Assembly: GCA_030141605.1 (NCBI GenBank)
Contig: JAQGDQ010000233.1
Span: forward strand, 186,001-250,000
DNA length: 64,000 nucleotides
Direction: 5' to 3'
From: Tubiluchus corallicola
Lineage: Eukaryota; Animalia; Priapulida
This document shows, piece after piece, positions 13,163-27,669 of the stretch. Made by a program: the position numbers and the translations under genes. The notes below the pieces were generated by a model, which was not told the origin of the DNA, did not search any database, and saw only the letters and a program-made list of their open reading frames with translations. How positions within the stretch are numbered: the first letter of the stretch is position 1; every line of letters begins with the position of its first letter.

Positions 13163-16100
13163 TTATTTATTTTTGTTAATAATTTTCAGTATGGACACAT
13201 AAGTTCCTGTTATAAACCCTAATAAACCAAATAAAAATATAATAACATTTTTTGTCATTCGTAATACACCTACGTTTGGCCAACAGCTGACTACGTCAAG
13301 AATAGGCGGAAAAAGTAAAGCTAGAGTACTGCTAGCTGCGGCTCCTACAAGTGAGATGAACAAGCCTAAGTCTGGTATTAAAACAGCCATCATAACTGTA
13401 AAAAAAACATTTTGAAAATTTAAAAATTCTAAAAATTACGTATACCTAACATAGGTATTTCATAACGTAAAGTCACATATTGGAAAACAACAATAAGACA
13501 CATATAGATGTCCGAGTTGTATTTTTTGCATATTTATTTTACACACAGCAGCATATTATGTATTTCAGATGTATTGTAAGTTTTTCTAAAAAAGTACTAA
13601 AAATATGGTAAGAGTTGACTAGTCTGACTCCCAAATCATCTGAAAATATCTAAGATATCAACAAATGGTGCAACAATCGTTGATGCCTACCGAAAAGTTT
13701 GTTATCTAAATATACATATGAAATTAGGGACAATGTGGAAAAAGCTCTAAGCTTTTATAATGCATCACTTGTCTGTCCAAGACTTTCCAAGCACAATAAG
13801 TAAACCACTGTGTTCTCTGAAAATTGGAATTTCTAAGTAAAATCACCTCAATATAGAAAAGGACACCTTACTTAGATTAACTGATCACAAATGGCAAAAA
13901 ATTTAGTTGTAACCACTACACAATTTTCCAACCACTACACGTGCATCTTTGAAGAGCACAACATACCTTTCAAAATCTCAATGATGTTTCACAAAAAATC
14001 TATGAATAAATTAGGTAAAGCATTATGACTTTTTCAAAAGCAGTATAGTGAAGGCAATGCAAAGGTGTGCAATGCTACGAAAAGCGATTATCAAAAAAGA
14101 TTGGCAGCTACTGCAAGATGAGTGTGGCTGTAAAAAAAACATAAAAAAATGTGCTGAACAGAAGACAAATGGTTTCAACAAATACTGATTAAATACTCAC
14201 AAGTGAAGCAAACTAACAGGGTCCTAAACAATAACTCCCAATAGATACGTGCTCGCTCAGCTCGTATATGCCTCTGTATAGAAGGCCACATTATCTCGAT
14301 AGCTACGTAAAACTGAAGGACATAGGTAATGAAGATTGCGAGAGTAAACATGGCTTTCACTGCTGTATTGAGCCTAAAATAAAATATGCTTTTTGTAAAT
14401 AAATCATTCAATCATCAATAATCAATAAACTGTACAGCTACATTGAAGTTCTGATAAACATTAACTGCAATTGAATAATATTAAAGAGCCAAAATGAAAA
14501 ACAGGCTTAACCTGCAAACCACTAGTTTTTCACTAACTAGCAGGCCCTACCAGTGATGTCTGATTGATGAATGGTAGCAAATAAATGTTATCTTGGTCTT
14601 TCATTTGGTTCTGTTGAACTCGGTTAGACTGAATGAGAACAAGTTTAATCACAGTCATCAGCTTATCTTTCAGTTTTTTAATATACGGTTTATAGCTGAT
14701 TGCAAGGACATCCATTATGAATAATTCATTTCTGTAACAAGTTAACTCTTTTCTATGGCTCACAGACCTGCTGAACGTAAATATTTTCTGAAGGAATAAA
14801 AAATCATTATTAATATCTATTCTTGTATTACAACTTGCACCACAATGAGAATAACGTTTTTTAATAACGTTTATCAGTTTTAATCTAAAAAGGCAATTAG
14901 GCATAGAACCGATTATATGCCTCATAATACAGTACACTGAACTGTCAAAGATAGTTAAATGCACTTAAGGAATTTAAAATTTTACATTTTACAAGTTTAG
15001 CACAACGCAGCTTTGTGAAGAAAAACATTTTAGCAGCTTCAGCTAACCCTGGTTGCGTCCTTAATCTTCTCAGCCCCAGAGACACCCGCACCCCGGGGCA
15101 CTGGCCCCCTGCCCCCCTCTTTCATAGGACATGTTGTCAAGTCATTGTTACATTAGTTCTGCAACAATTTAGGGATTGGAAACATGTTCGAAGTCACAGG
15201 GGATGTCACACAGTCTCGGAAAAACATCACTAATATTTATTATTTAACGTCTATAATATAGCTAACGTCTATAATATAACTATGTAATAAACAGACATAT
15301 TGTCATGGAAGATATGCCAAACAAATTATAATAATCGAATATCTAATAAGATGGCTGACATGGTAGAAAGAAACACAAATGTAAAGAAAAGATAATGCTA
15401 AAATGATAAGTAAGTGAAGCCAGGTCTTGCAAATCACACCTCTGCACTTCTATAATCATGGCTACTTTAAAAATACATATCAAACAGCAAAATATAGAAA
15501 ACATTTCATTTCAGCAGTAATTATTACGAAACCACGTTCCAAGTGACCAAGTTGCAACATGTTGTTTTACATGTCATGAATAAATTGTGCAGCAACAAGC
15601 AACCTTTTGATCCGCACAAAAACAGAAAGATACCTGTCACCAGGCGCTCGTTCTGTGCAAATAGAAATAATTTGTTTAGCCTTTTATTTACAGTGCCTTT
15701 AAAACAACTTTCTGCAGAACATACACTCGAGACCAGATGACCTTTTTAAGGATTTGCTGGAAATTATTAATGCATTTGTTATGCTTGTTAAATGCATGCA
15801 ACTTGAAAGACGGTAATTAGTATTAATGGATTCACAACATGAGGTGAATTAGTAAAATGTTTCATACTAGTTCCCGCTAGCTGTGCGTTATATTACATTA
15901 ATTAATAGCATCAAAATGCAATTAAAAGTAATTAATCTTACCCAGAAAAATTGTCTAAGAAGTATCTTTTCCTAACAAGGACTACATTACAACATTCGCT
16001 TACTGAAAATCCTGGTACAGCTTAGTATATTTAATTTAGTTGAAGTGCTTTCGGAATTGCTTTACTAATTATACAAAAATACGAAGTATTAAAATTAAAA

Positions 16101-19100
16101 AAGCCTATTATTGCCCAACATAACTTGCAGAGACTTAAATACATGTAATCACTGGCAGAATAATTTACTTTGGGATACCAGCAGAAACAAAAAAAATATT
16201 GGCTCAAAATAATAAAATTATTGAATAATAGATAGGTTGAACTTAGAAATTTTTGATATGGGATTGCCGAAAAGCTACAGCAAAGTTAGCAACAAAAATG
16301 TTAGATTTGCAAGATGTAACCTGCTCATAAGCAAAAACTATTAAACAAATGAAATCTGGTTGCAATCACAATTATGTTGAAATAGGCTTAAAGCAATAAA
16401 AAAACTTACGGGATTGGTGGAAGATTTAATGTAATGCTGCCCAACACATTTTCACCATATTTCAGGTAACCATAGAAACCAACAGCAATGTACATAATGG
16501 CAACCAATGACATGCCAGTGTTCAAAACTCCAGTTAAACCAGCAAAGTCTTCTGGTGTAGCCATTTTATTTTCTACAGGTAATATCTAAACAACAAAGGC
16601 ATATCATTGATTAATGCAACTCATGCGCATAATGCAAAGGTCAGATTTTGATAGTCATTATAAGTGATTAACTGGACTTATTTAATACAACAATAACATG
16701 GCGATGTGGGTGATGATAGTAATACTAAAAATTAAGGTGTGAAAAACCCAATTTCAAATCTTAGTAAATCATGATAAAATTAAGCAATAAATAATATTAA
16801 AAAATTTAATAATTAACATTAATTTAAACTTGCTGACAGCAAAGTTAATTTAACAATATACAAAAACAATTTATAGTGTAATGAATGTTTTGTCATTCTG
16901 TTAAAACGTATATTCTCATGCAATTAAGTGACTTGCAGACAAATAAGTAAATTTAATTTAATGCGCAAAAGCATTGCAACTAACAAGCTACACATATGGA
17001 AGAGTGTGGCAGGCATTCTCAGCTAATTATCAGTCTTAAATTGTCTTCAGCTGAAATGTAATAATTACACTGACGTGATGAAAAAAATCGACTATTATGG
17101 GGACTTACCACACCAATGCCTTCAAAAGCATATATAGCAGTACCAAAAAACGTAGGCATGTCCTGCCATTGGCCCACTAATGTCCTCGTCCAACTAGGCG
17201 GCAAATCCTATATTAACAAATGACTGCTACCTTACTTGGTGATATTTCAGAAACTAAGCATGTAGTCAAAACAAATAAAACAAGTGATACAGAAAATGAA
17301 AATGTAAACATTACAAAATATGCCATGATACAAACAAAAATTTTGTCATTGTCTATAACCAATATATATACCTAATAAATTACAAGGTATGATATTTGTT
17401 CCTAACCTTTGCGACCAAGGCCCACTTCAATTAATAGATGTGGAAAGCATTTCAAGCTACCTCTATTGCGTCCCAAGGATGGCCCAAAATAGAAACTTTC
17501 TCTGTATGTTAAATGATGTCTTTTAAATCAAAATAACCTCTGCATTACTCCTCAGAGCAATCAGTTATTCCAAAATCTTAAACAGGCAACCGTATTTTCA
17601 GCATTATGTACGTTAATAAGATTATAGTAATACAGCTCTTAAATAAAGAGTGTATACATCTTATTCCTACAAGTCTAAACAGACTTTTCAACTAAATTTA
17701 ACCAGCAATTGTAAGAACCCTAAATACTAACATAGAACTGACAACATACACAAGTAAATGTTATTTTTTGGCAATATATCTTGCATGTTTTGTGCAGATG
17801 TTATTTATTCACTTAACTATTAAAATACTCATACCTGAAAAAGGTCTACGAGTATGATAATAAGACCAGCAAAAGTGAGCAAATTTGCAAAAGCAGAGAA
17901 TGGAGCCATGAACTTCAAATTTCGCACAAAGCACAGCAATATCACAAATGGAAGAAGAAATGCCATAAAAAGCCTATCATTATTGTGATCGTTCACATCC
18001 ATGTCTGGATAGATAACCTGAAGAATACAAGAAGCTCATAAATATCAAATCTGAAAATGTGTGATAGAACATACATACACTAATCCTTACATTAATAAAC
18101 TCTGAGTGCAAAGTCCGAATCACAGCACGTCCTTTTTCACTTCTTCCAAACACACATTTACAATGGCATAATAACATTGGCACAATTTTTATTTACATTT
18201 CACTGTGCAAGGGAATCTATTATCTATCTTTACTGAAATATTCTTTGAACAATAATTTTTCCAATTTCCATTTTTACAAAATTTAAATAAGACTTTCATC
18301 TTAAAATATAGAAGAAACTTTGCAATAATCTGCAAACTTGTTTTTTTTTCAATCTGAGAATGCAGGAATATCTCAAAAAAACCACATTTTTGCTTTCCAT
18401 GCAGAAGGCTTAGTTCAATTCCACGATAGAGTCATACCAAAGACTTAAAAAATCGTTTCTTAACAAAGTATGTGGATTTATCACACTAACAAGTATGTTG
18501 TCATAATCACTGTTAAGGGGTTTAGTTGGTTATCCTAAATCGAAAATATAAACTTTAGAGTTCATGTAATTTATTGGCTTAATAATCGAACAAAAATAAA
18601 GATGACTATTATTATTATTATCTGGAAATAGAGATACACTATATCTAAAAAAACCAAAATTTCTAAAAATAAACACTAACATTAACAACTAAAAATAAAT
18701 TAAAACAAAGAAAAAATGAATTAAAAGGGCATTCATTAGAGTGCAAACCTTTGCCAAAGACTGCCAAATACACTTTAAAAACACAGCCGCTTGGTTAAGA
18801 AGACACCAGTAATTGTTCTGATGTCTTACTTACACTATTAAATAAGCCCATTTAAATGCTGAGCAAAAGCTGTAAACTATAGCTGATGATATCAGAGCAA
18901 TAGATGGTATGCATCATTATACCTTCCAAGTGAGAATTCCCCGAAAAAGAACCTAAAAATAACTTGTCATTGATCATCCTATCAAATGTGTTTAGAAAAA
19001 AGGATTATGGTATCTTGTAGCCCAGTTCTTTCCCTTTCCAAAGAGATATAAAACTCTCTCCAAGACCCCATGAAGTGTGAAACGTGCTTTCTATAATTCT

Positions 19101-22100
19101 TCAAGTTTTGTGAACAAATAAATGGCAAACTGGCAAACGATCTCATTTTGGCAGTTTTTTTTACAAACCCAGCTCTTTCATGGACATGCCAAAATGATGA
19201 AATTTGAACTTGTTCTTCTCTGTCACACTCTACTACCTCTAAAAGTGTTGTGAAAACTGCTTAAGTAATTTTTGCGTGATCTTGTTAACTAGCAAACAAA
19301 CTAACAAACCTATGGCAGTGAAAACATAACTGCCTTGGTGGAGGTAAAAATGCTATATTTCAAAGCTATATTTCATGTTATATATATATCTATGGCATTA
19401 TGTCATTATAAATGACCAGACATCAAAATAAAAGGTAGTGATAGATATTCAAGCATAGAATCTTATCAGCATAAATGTATAAAAAAACAATGTTAAACTA
19501 CCTGAAACTTAAAATGATTACCTGCTGAATATTTTGCGATATAAAAACGAAATAAACACAGCAGAAGCCCAGTTGTGTTGCAGTCAGGAATACGTTGATC
19601 ACACCCCTACAACATATACAGGGTAAAATAAAAACAATGATACAAAGTTACATGGCTATTTTACAGTTATATGTAAACTCTATAACTAAACAGTAACCAT
19701 TTACTGAAATTGCATTTATAAAAATGATAATATTACATTTAAAAACATTTATTACATAAAAAAATCTATTACTGCAGATACGATGGTTCATCCTTTGCCA
19801 CAGGTTTCGTTTAGTTTTGTTTCAAATTATTTGTTAATTCCATAATAATAAAGAATTTATCTATCTATATGGCTATTAAATTTTGAGGCATTATTATAGC
19901 ACTTATTAAGAGTTAGCAAGACGTACTACATTGATAAGAAGTTTAACACACATGGTGCGAAAATTAAATGCCTTACTCTTTGAAACAGAATTGGTCGAAA
20001 TTGGAAAGTGTAGAAAGTAAGCCACCAGTTTCCCATTTTTAATTATTTTGGTCAGAAAAAATATAAGAATTTGTTTAATAAATGGTACCTACCATGCTTC
20101 TGACAATTGTTGCAAATATGATACAGCTTTTATTCTAGAGGCAGCCTAAGCTAATGCATAAATAACAAGAAATCTACAGGTTTGTCAAGAAAGCTGATAT
20201 CACCAAATGTGATAAAAAAACTGACCAAATCATGCATGAAAAATATTTCAAATTGCAAGTCTTTTACAGCTTAGCAAAAAAGTAGAAACGTCAAATAATG
20301 TTCCAAAACATCTGCTGCTAATTAAGATCATTTCATTTAGCAACTTTGTTTGTTACATCTAATAGCGTCCAACAAGGTTATGTAGTTTCTGCAAGATCAT
20401 CAAACACTGCCAAGTGCAATATAGCCTCAAGCTAGTAAGCACATATAACCATTAATCAGAAATTTAACATAAGATAACAGTTTTACTTACTTTGCATAGA
20501 CACTTAAAGATCTAAGTGGTGCAGGTCCTCTTTCAAATGCCACCTCTACAACAGTTCCATAATCCATAGATATTACCTCTGTTCTGTAATTGAGTTAAAT
20601 TATCGGCAAAAATGGTAGCAAGTTATTCTTTACTACGCATAGTGCACACTTAGCTGAAAGTATCAGTTACGTATGGAAAAGCTGATTACTAAGCACAAAT
20701 GAATAACTGGCTAAGAAAAATTATACTTACTCTTCACAAAGTTTGTGGCATGTGTTCACTAATATGTGCATACAATGAATAGCTATAGCACCAATAATTA
20801 TCAGACCAACCGAGCCTCCCTGAAAATGTAAAACATTCAGATGTCTGATATTGGATTTGAATATTTGGCTTGTCTACAAAGATCACTTAACAAGTATTGG
20901 ATTACAACTTTCAAGTGCAGACATCTGCTAAGCTAATAATGACAACCAAACGAAACTTGCTGTCATGCTCTCTACATGCTGTCAAGAAGTTTTTGATAAA
21001 GAAAACATCATTTTTATTTTCACAGTAAGGTTAGAGCTAAAAAAGACAGCTAATTAAAACTGAAGTGATTTTACAAGCAGTGCTCACCTTATTATTAATA
21101 TTAATATGGCATGAACAATTTAAATTACTAATAATTTTTTCTAGCTACGTAAGTCTTTCAAGCAGGTAGGCATAATGTAAAGTAATATAACTTTGTATGG
21201 AAAAGTAAAATAAATTAATAAAATTGCCTTTTCTTCCTGTTTAATTTAGATTGAGTATTATTACGTGTCCTCGTCATTTTCACCATTAACAGACAATCTA
21301 ATCCAAGCACTAATGTGTGCCAAATCTCAAGGGTATAAGAGATTTGCATTGCTGATGTTATTAAACATGATGAAAGTAAGTAAAGTAACATGGGCTATTT
21401 GACTTGTCAGATATCTGTTACGTAAATTAGTCAGGTTCTAGTTGAGCCACCAACATCACATAGAGTAAGTCCTGTCATACTGATTCTAGCTTGCAATGCA
21501 CTGAAGTGTATAAAAATAAATAAACAAGTCTTGCTCTTAATGTCTGGGACAGAAACACAGTAATTAAGTACAAAACACTACCTTACTTCTAAACCTAAGT
21601 TCATATCTAGTTAAGATGGGAGGTGGTACCACGATATCATGGCTGCCTGTTAATTTTGTTTTAATACGGCCTTTATAAATTCAAGATTGGCTTGGACATT
21701 TTCATTTTCATTTAGTTTTCATCAATTTCATTTAAACAGCACTTTTATTAATTCAAGATTGGTTCAGTTGGTGTGTTCAAGAAGTCTTTTTGTTATGTCA
21801 TCAAAGTCGCATGCTAGGAATTCATATAAAAGTTTGCAACTGTAATGTAAAATGACACTGATTACACACATTAGTTTTAGTAATAATAAAAAAATATTAA
21901 ACATGTCATAATAATGCCTTCGTCCACAAGTACATAACAAGGAAAAAATTGTTCGAACAATAATCTGACATAATACCCATCAGCTTTCAAAAGTCAAAAT
22001 CACCAGTGAGTGTGACCAAGTGACCCTGCCTATAATTACTGTCCACATGCTAAGTCTGGTTGAATTAGCCTCAAAAATCCTAAAAACATAAATGCTAATT

Positions 22101-23664
22101 GACTTGGCGGCACGTAGTGCCCTAATAAGGTCCTACTGATCATAACACTCCCGGTAAACCTACTGGTAATAAGGTCATCTATAACGTATTAACATATACA
22201 TATTTACCACCAGACCAGCATTCATCATGGCAAATGGCATTGCTAATATGCCACTGCCAATGTTTCCCTTCAGCAAATGCATCATAGTCTGCAAATTTCT
22301 GCAAATACAAAGTTGAGCATTTATATATATTAAAAGGAGTTTGGCAATAAACATACTACAACTTTAATATCACGTAAGTGTGTCAAATTTGTGGAAAACA
22401 TGGGCATTAAATTGATGAATAGCAACAGTCATTTGTTCTTTGCACAGTTTATTCCTTAGAATATTTTTCATCCTAGTTTGGAAATTGATGCAAAACAAAC
22501 TTATACTTTCTACAGCACTAAGTATTTTCAAGAAACACGAGTTGAATGAACCTCGTGAAGATTTGGTGCACTTTTGCTATATCTAATATGCTAACTTCTA
22601 TTGCACACTTGTGGCTAAGTACAATATTATATTTCTATTCTACATGACTAAGCAAACAGTGTTAATTTCAACTGTAAATACCATGGTCAAAGATTAAGAG
22701 CCATGTATTAGCCATTTGAATCTGCATTTATAAAAGAAAAAAATAGGCGTAATTTCCTTAGCAGCTTATTAGTTTATTCTGTAATGGATAGAAATTGTCA
22801 TTAGAAACACTTTATACAAATAGAAAGTGCAACAAACGTGAATGCAGATTTTACCTACGAGCAAAGTTTGCATGTGCTTAATCTTACTAGTGATACCACT
22901 AAGTCACTGACCTCCATTCGTACATCATAGTCATTAATGGCTCATTAACAATCAATCAATGATATCGTATGTTGACAAGGGTTTAATTATTTACATAAAC
23001 AATAATATAAATTAAGAAAAACAAAATACATTGAAAACACAATGAAAGTCTGTAAAGTTTTAGAAAAGAAAAGAAAACACATTCAAATGTATTAAAACAC
23101 ACACATACTGCCATTATCTTAGCATTATCTAAAATCTAAATCCAGCATGGCACATATTGAATAATATATGACTTTCATGAATTAATCACTTGTGCTTGCA
23201 TCATTTGAGAATGCCGGTTCAAATCAGGAGATGTATATAGGCCTATTGTAACAACTTTTCACAACTTCTTATCATTCAGACTTGGAAAGTGGATTTAAGG
23301 CCAATTTGACTACGCATCTAATAAAAATTTAAAACAGCACAAGTTTAACATGAAACTTTGCAAAAATCAACTACATGTATTATTTAGGATGCTTGTATTA
23401 TTAGTAGTTTACATTAAATTGTCAAAAGGAAATAACATACGTTGTGGCATGTTCCATGTTTGCTTCAGCTCTTGCTTCAGACAGACTTGTCCGAGATGAC
23501 TCTGACCTCCGCAGTGTAGGCTGTGCTGCCTTCTGCTGCACGATGTTCCGTTGCACAGCTTCAAATATGGCCACATCACTCTCACTGGCTTCAGATTCAG
23601 AGACAGAATCATAACTGGCCCCAATACCAACCAGTGGCTTCTTCTCTTCAGGATCTTTCACCAT
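13163..23664 (-). CDS. SLC36A: Proton-coupled amino acid transporter (SLC36/PAT, pathetic-like), 10 coding exons, 481 aa
   Basis: Exons 23664-23441, 22298-22208, 20819-20731, 20583-20491, 19606-19522, 18017-17835, 17207-17109, 16585-16410, 14373-14201, 13395-13163. All introns are GT-AG with consistent phases; total 1446 nt. Family motifs: [94 protein letters not shown]. Confidence 0.95.
18722..19348. mobile_element. Probable Helentron-associated non-autonomous element (HINE/DINE-1-like) in an SLC36 intron
   Basis: One end reads ...aaacaaactaacaaac...gaaaacataactgccttggtggaggtaa; the other reads gcattc..agagtgcaaacctttgccaa. This resembles the subterminal-IR/microsatellite/hairpin layout of HINEs; recognised by pattern only. 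Confidence 0.45.
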
Positions 23665-26059
23665 CGTAACACTAGAAAACTACATCTGCAACAAAAAAAG
23701 ACAATGTAAAATTTTACCATTTCACATTATTTACAGAAGTCTAAGGTTTGTTAATAAACCCATAATTTCAGTTTGATTTAAAATAATTAAATATTGGATT
23801 CTGTTCAGTTTACTGTGTATCGGCACCGATATGTTCAGAGTTTTATCAGCAAAATGGTCAAAATAATTATGTGATTACGCACATATACAGAAATATGTTA
23901 ACAGAAAAAATAGCTTAAAGTTATCAAACATACAATTAATTCTAAGTGAGTCTATGCAATTTAAATATTTGAAGCAATTCGTTGTTCTGGCTAACTGCCT
24001 TACTTAAATGCTAGATGGTGGTACATAAAACCTTGGTACATTCAATCACCTTTTCACTTAGTTGTTCTGTACGCTGTACAGTCTACAGATACAGTAGGCG
24101 ACTGTAGCCATCCTGATTAGCTCTTTTTGATTTAGTAATACATTTTATTATAATAACATGTATTACTCAATATGTATTACTAAATATGTATTATTTCCTG
24201 CTCATAATATGACCAGGAAATTTACTGGTTTTTGACGGTTCGGCTTTTGACAAAAAAATTCAGTAGACCTATCCGTATCAGTTTCAAATTTTAGTAGGTA
24301 GCAACCTTACAGATGTCCTCATCTCACAGAGAAGACTTTCTCTTGCAAACAATGTTATTGAATTTGCCCTGATGTGATAAATTCTGATGCACAATTGCAT
24401 TCAACTCTGCTGAGTCAAAATAACAAGAGAAAATAGCCTAGTTATAAGTTGTTAAAATAAAAATGTTGGCTGCAATTTATTGCATATTAAATGAAAGATA
24501 AGAAGCATTAAGGCTCATGGTCATGCAGACACATGTACAGCTTTATTATGTTTTTAAGGATCAATACAGACATAATCTACTCAAGGGCATATCAAGACAT
24601 TACTATGCCTTAGGCTGATAGCTCAGTCCTTCCCATCTCTTTTATGATTTACGACTGTTTATACAGGCAGTGCAATAAACATTTATTTGTTTACTAGTAC
24701 GAGGTATATTACTAGCACTATTACCTACAAGTGGTGGGCATAATTGACTTCTAATAATCGATTAGTTCGTTAAAGTAATTGAATACCAAATGATTGCTTT
24801 TGTGTCAACAAGTTTATAATAATTTGAAACACAAAAAGTGCAAAATGCTTTTAAATAATTTTCATCACCACTGACTAACGCATTTGGCAGTATCACTCAT
24901 CACTAGTACCTACGTCGTTGTTGTTAAATACATATTTTTGCACAGCATTCGCAGCCGAAATTTCAGATAATTTTCAGTAGCATTTTTCAAAGGTTTACTA
25001 GTATTTATCCAATTTACCTTTTCTTTTCTCCTAGATGTCAAAAACTGCTGAAAAATCTTGGCTAAATTAGTTCAAATAAAGCGAAAAGTTCATGACACGC
25101 TTCTAACGGCAATGTGACATTTCTTCAGTGCTGACGACTATGAAGTTTTAGGGTCTCTGACCCCATCAAACCACGTTTTATTTTACTTAAGCAAAATCAC
25201 GTTTAATTTTATAATTTAAGAAATATAGGCAACAAAATATCCACAAAACAAAATTTGTTTATTTTTAATAAAGTATTATGATCTTTAAATAATAATCATT
25301 AATGATGTTAAAATCCAAAAACATTATAACACATTTTCTAAGGTGAACCACTCCATCAAATTTGAGATACTATACTATAAAACTTCCCTGTCCTTTTTGT
25401 ATTAGAATTTTTTATCGGTAATTTTGAACCACAGCAAAATAAAAGCAAACACACAAAAAACAAAAATTTTACTTATTTTAGAATTTTCTTTTTTCAGTTT
25501 TAATAGTAGTTGGTTTTGCAAAAATGCTTCGGTTCGGTTTCGTTTCGCTATCGGTTTCCTAAATTTCGTTAAGTGTCTGTTAAGCATCGTCAGTATTCAG
25601 TATCGGTACCATACTTGGCTACAGCCTGGTCAGGCTACGCCCCTGAATTCACTCTATAATTCTGAGCATCATGCAAAGCTTATATTTTGTCTTACTAATA
25701 AAGATCAGCAGCAATAAAGGTGTTTTACTTCCCCGCTTCTAATTATTTTGTAAAAGTATAGTTATCATAAAATAATACTAAAAACTGAAATATAAAAACA
25801 TGGAAGCTTTTCACTTTCAGTTTTTTCTATATTTCACAGTTGTGAAAGTCTTCACATTATCAGGCATCGGCAAAAACCCACCCTTGTATGCAGGTCTGGC
25901 AATATCAGTACCCATTATGATCTATAAAATGTCTATATCCATTATCATAAATTCCATTCCGATCAACCAATATACATTATAAACAAAAAGGAAAAACTGT
26001 AGGTCTAAAGCGAAAACTACACTCGATTATTGCTTCAGTAACAGTAACTAACACTCATA

Positions 26060-26350
26060 ACATGGCTTATACTGGTTAAAACAGAATAAGCGCAACTAAA
26101 CGATTCGTATCAAAAATATCAAGTTTAAGCTAAACTTGTCAAAAAATATAATTACAGTCTCTATACTTGTCAGAGTGGCTATACCATACTGTTCTAAAAT
26201 CATTCACCACACTAGATCAGTGACAGAAAACAAAAATATTATGGGAGACCTTTAACATTGAGCTTTTGACCTAATTCGTCGAACCATAGATACGTAATTA
26301 CTTAACAGAACGGAAGTATCACACGGGGATACGATAAAATAATAATTACG
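26060..26350 (-). promoter_or_regulatory. Probable promoter / non-coding first exon region of the SLC36 gene
   Basis: The ATG-containing exon has a splice acceptor at 23686-23687, so an upstream UTR exon is required. This is the nearest upstream CpG-enriched patch and has an ETS-like CGGAAGT at 26311. The exact donor is not resolved. Confidence 0.35.
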
Positions 26351-26462
26351 TCCTAAATTTATAAAATTATCACATGCTTGGTAACATTACAGTACCTGGT
26401 AAAATAGCACCTGGTGAAATGGTTAAACTGTTGCTAAAAAAAGTTGAGAAGTACGGAAAATA

Positions 26463-27555
26463 TAACTCGAAGTCTTAATTTCGAGATTTTTGGTGCAGGA
26501 AAACACAACAAGGAAACCAACTTGTCCAAAAAAGGGAAATTTGTGGACAATAGATTGCAAATCAACATTAAATGCTCTTTCTAATGGTAAGCAAAGTAAA
26601 CTGAGTAGGTAAAAAAAGAAATGCAAAAAAGTGAACATTGATTTGAACCAGGGTCCAAGGAACCTTTCGGAATACAATTAAGCAGTATATGTAATGTTAA
26701 TCTGTCCCAGCACTATTTTGACATTTCATGTCTGTTGGTCAAGTTTGATTTCAAATTCAACAATAATTGTGAATTTACTTTTTCTTTAATAATAATCTTG
26801 GAATTACTCAACTTTTAGTGAATTATTAATGAATTTAATTTACACTTAATAGAAAAACTTATTAGAAATAATAGAGTTAGCTCAAGTACAAGAATTTCAA
26901 CTTGAATGGAAGTAAGGAAAATAGTAGTTATAAATTATAGTTAGTTTAGCAAAAATTTACACTACTTCTAGCATATCATTGATCAACAAAGATATATACT
27001 ATACTGAGATATTAATTTTTCCTTATATTTACTGATAAGATAATAAATTGATTTGTTTTTAGGTGCTTGAGGAATAGAGTTCCAGATGTGTAAAGTTCTA
27101 GGTTCTCCAAATTTGGCTATCTTATCATTCTTATGTTAAAGAAAATTATTACTGATTAATACAGCAATAGACCAATAAATAACTTGAAATCTTAATTTCG
27201 AGATTCTTAATGCAGGAAAACACAATAAGGAAGCCAAACTTGTCCAAAAGGGGAAATTTCTGGACAATAAATTACAAATTGCCAATCAAAATTAAATGCT
27301 CTTTCTCATGGCAAGCAAAACAAACTGAGTAGGTGAAAAAAGAAATCCAAAAAAGTGAACCTCGTTTTGAACCAGAGTCCAGGAACCTTTTGGAATACAA
27401 TTAAGCAGTATATGTAATGCTAATCTGTCCCAGCACTATCTTGACATTTCATGTCTGTTGGTCAAGTTTGATTTCAAATTCAACAATAATTGTGAATTTA
27501 CTTTTTCTTTAATAATAATCTTGGAATTATTCAATTTTCAGTGAATAATTATTGA
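26463..27555. repeat. Direct repeat pair (~370 bp; 26463-26832 and 27180-27555) separated by an L2-like 3' fragment
   Basis: Copies align along their length. The first copy contains a minus-strand B-box-like GGTTCAAATC (SINE-like). The spacer encodes ...LHIWNSIPQ...YKEKLISQY on the minus strand, like an L2 ORF2 C-terminus. Confidence 0.9.
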
Positions 27556-27669
27556 CGACGAAGTTGCTATTAATTTTTGAATTGAATACTAGTTGTCCGT
27601 AGGTTTTTTTATAATTCTTCAAGTTATTGTCATTTTAAGGAATTGCTTCTGAGATTTATATTAACATTA

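Noticed and set aside
14533-14964. 143-aa minus-strand ORF in an SLC36 intron
   Set aside because: No recognisable domain, AT-rich codon usage, and not needed for the complete transporter model.
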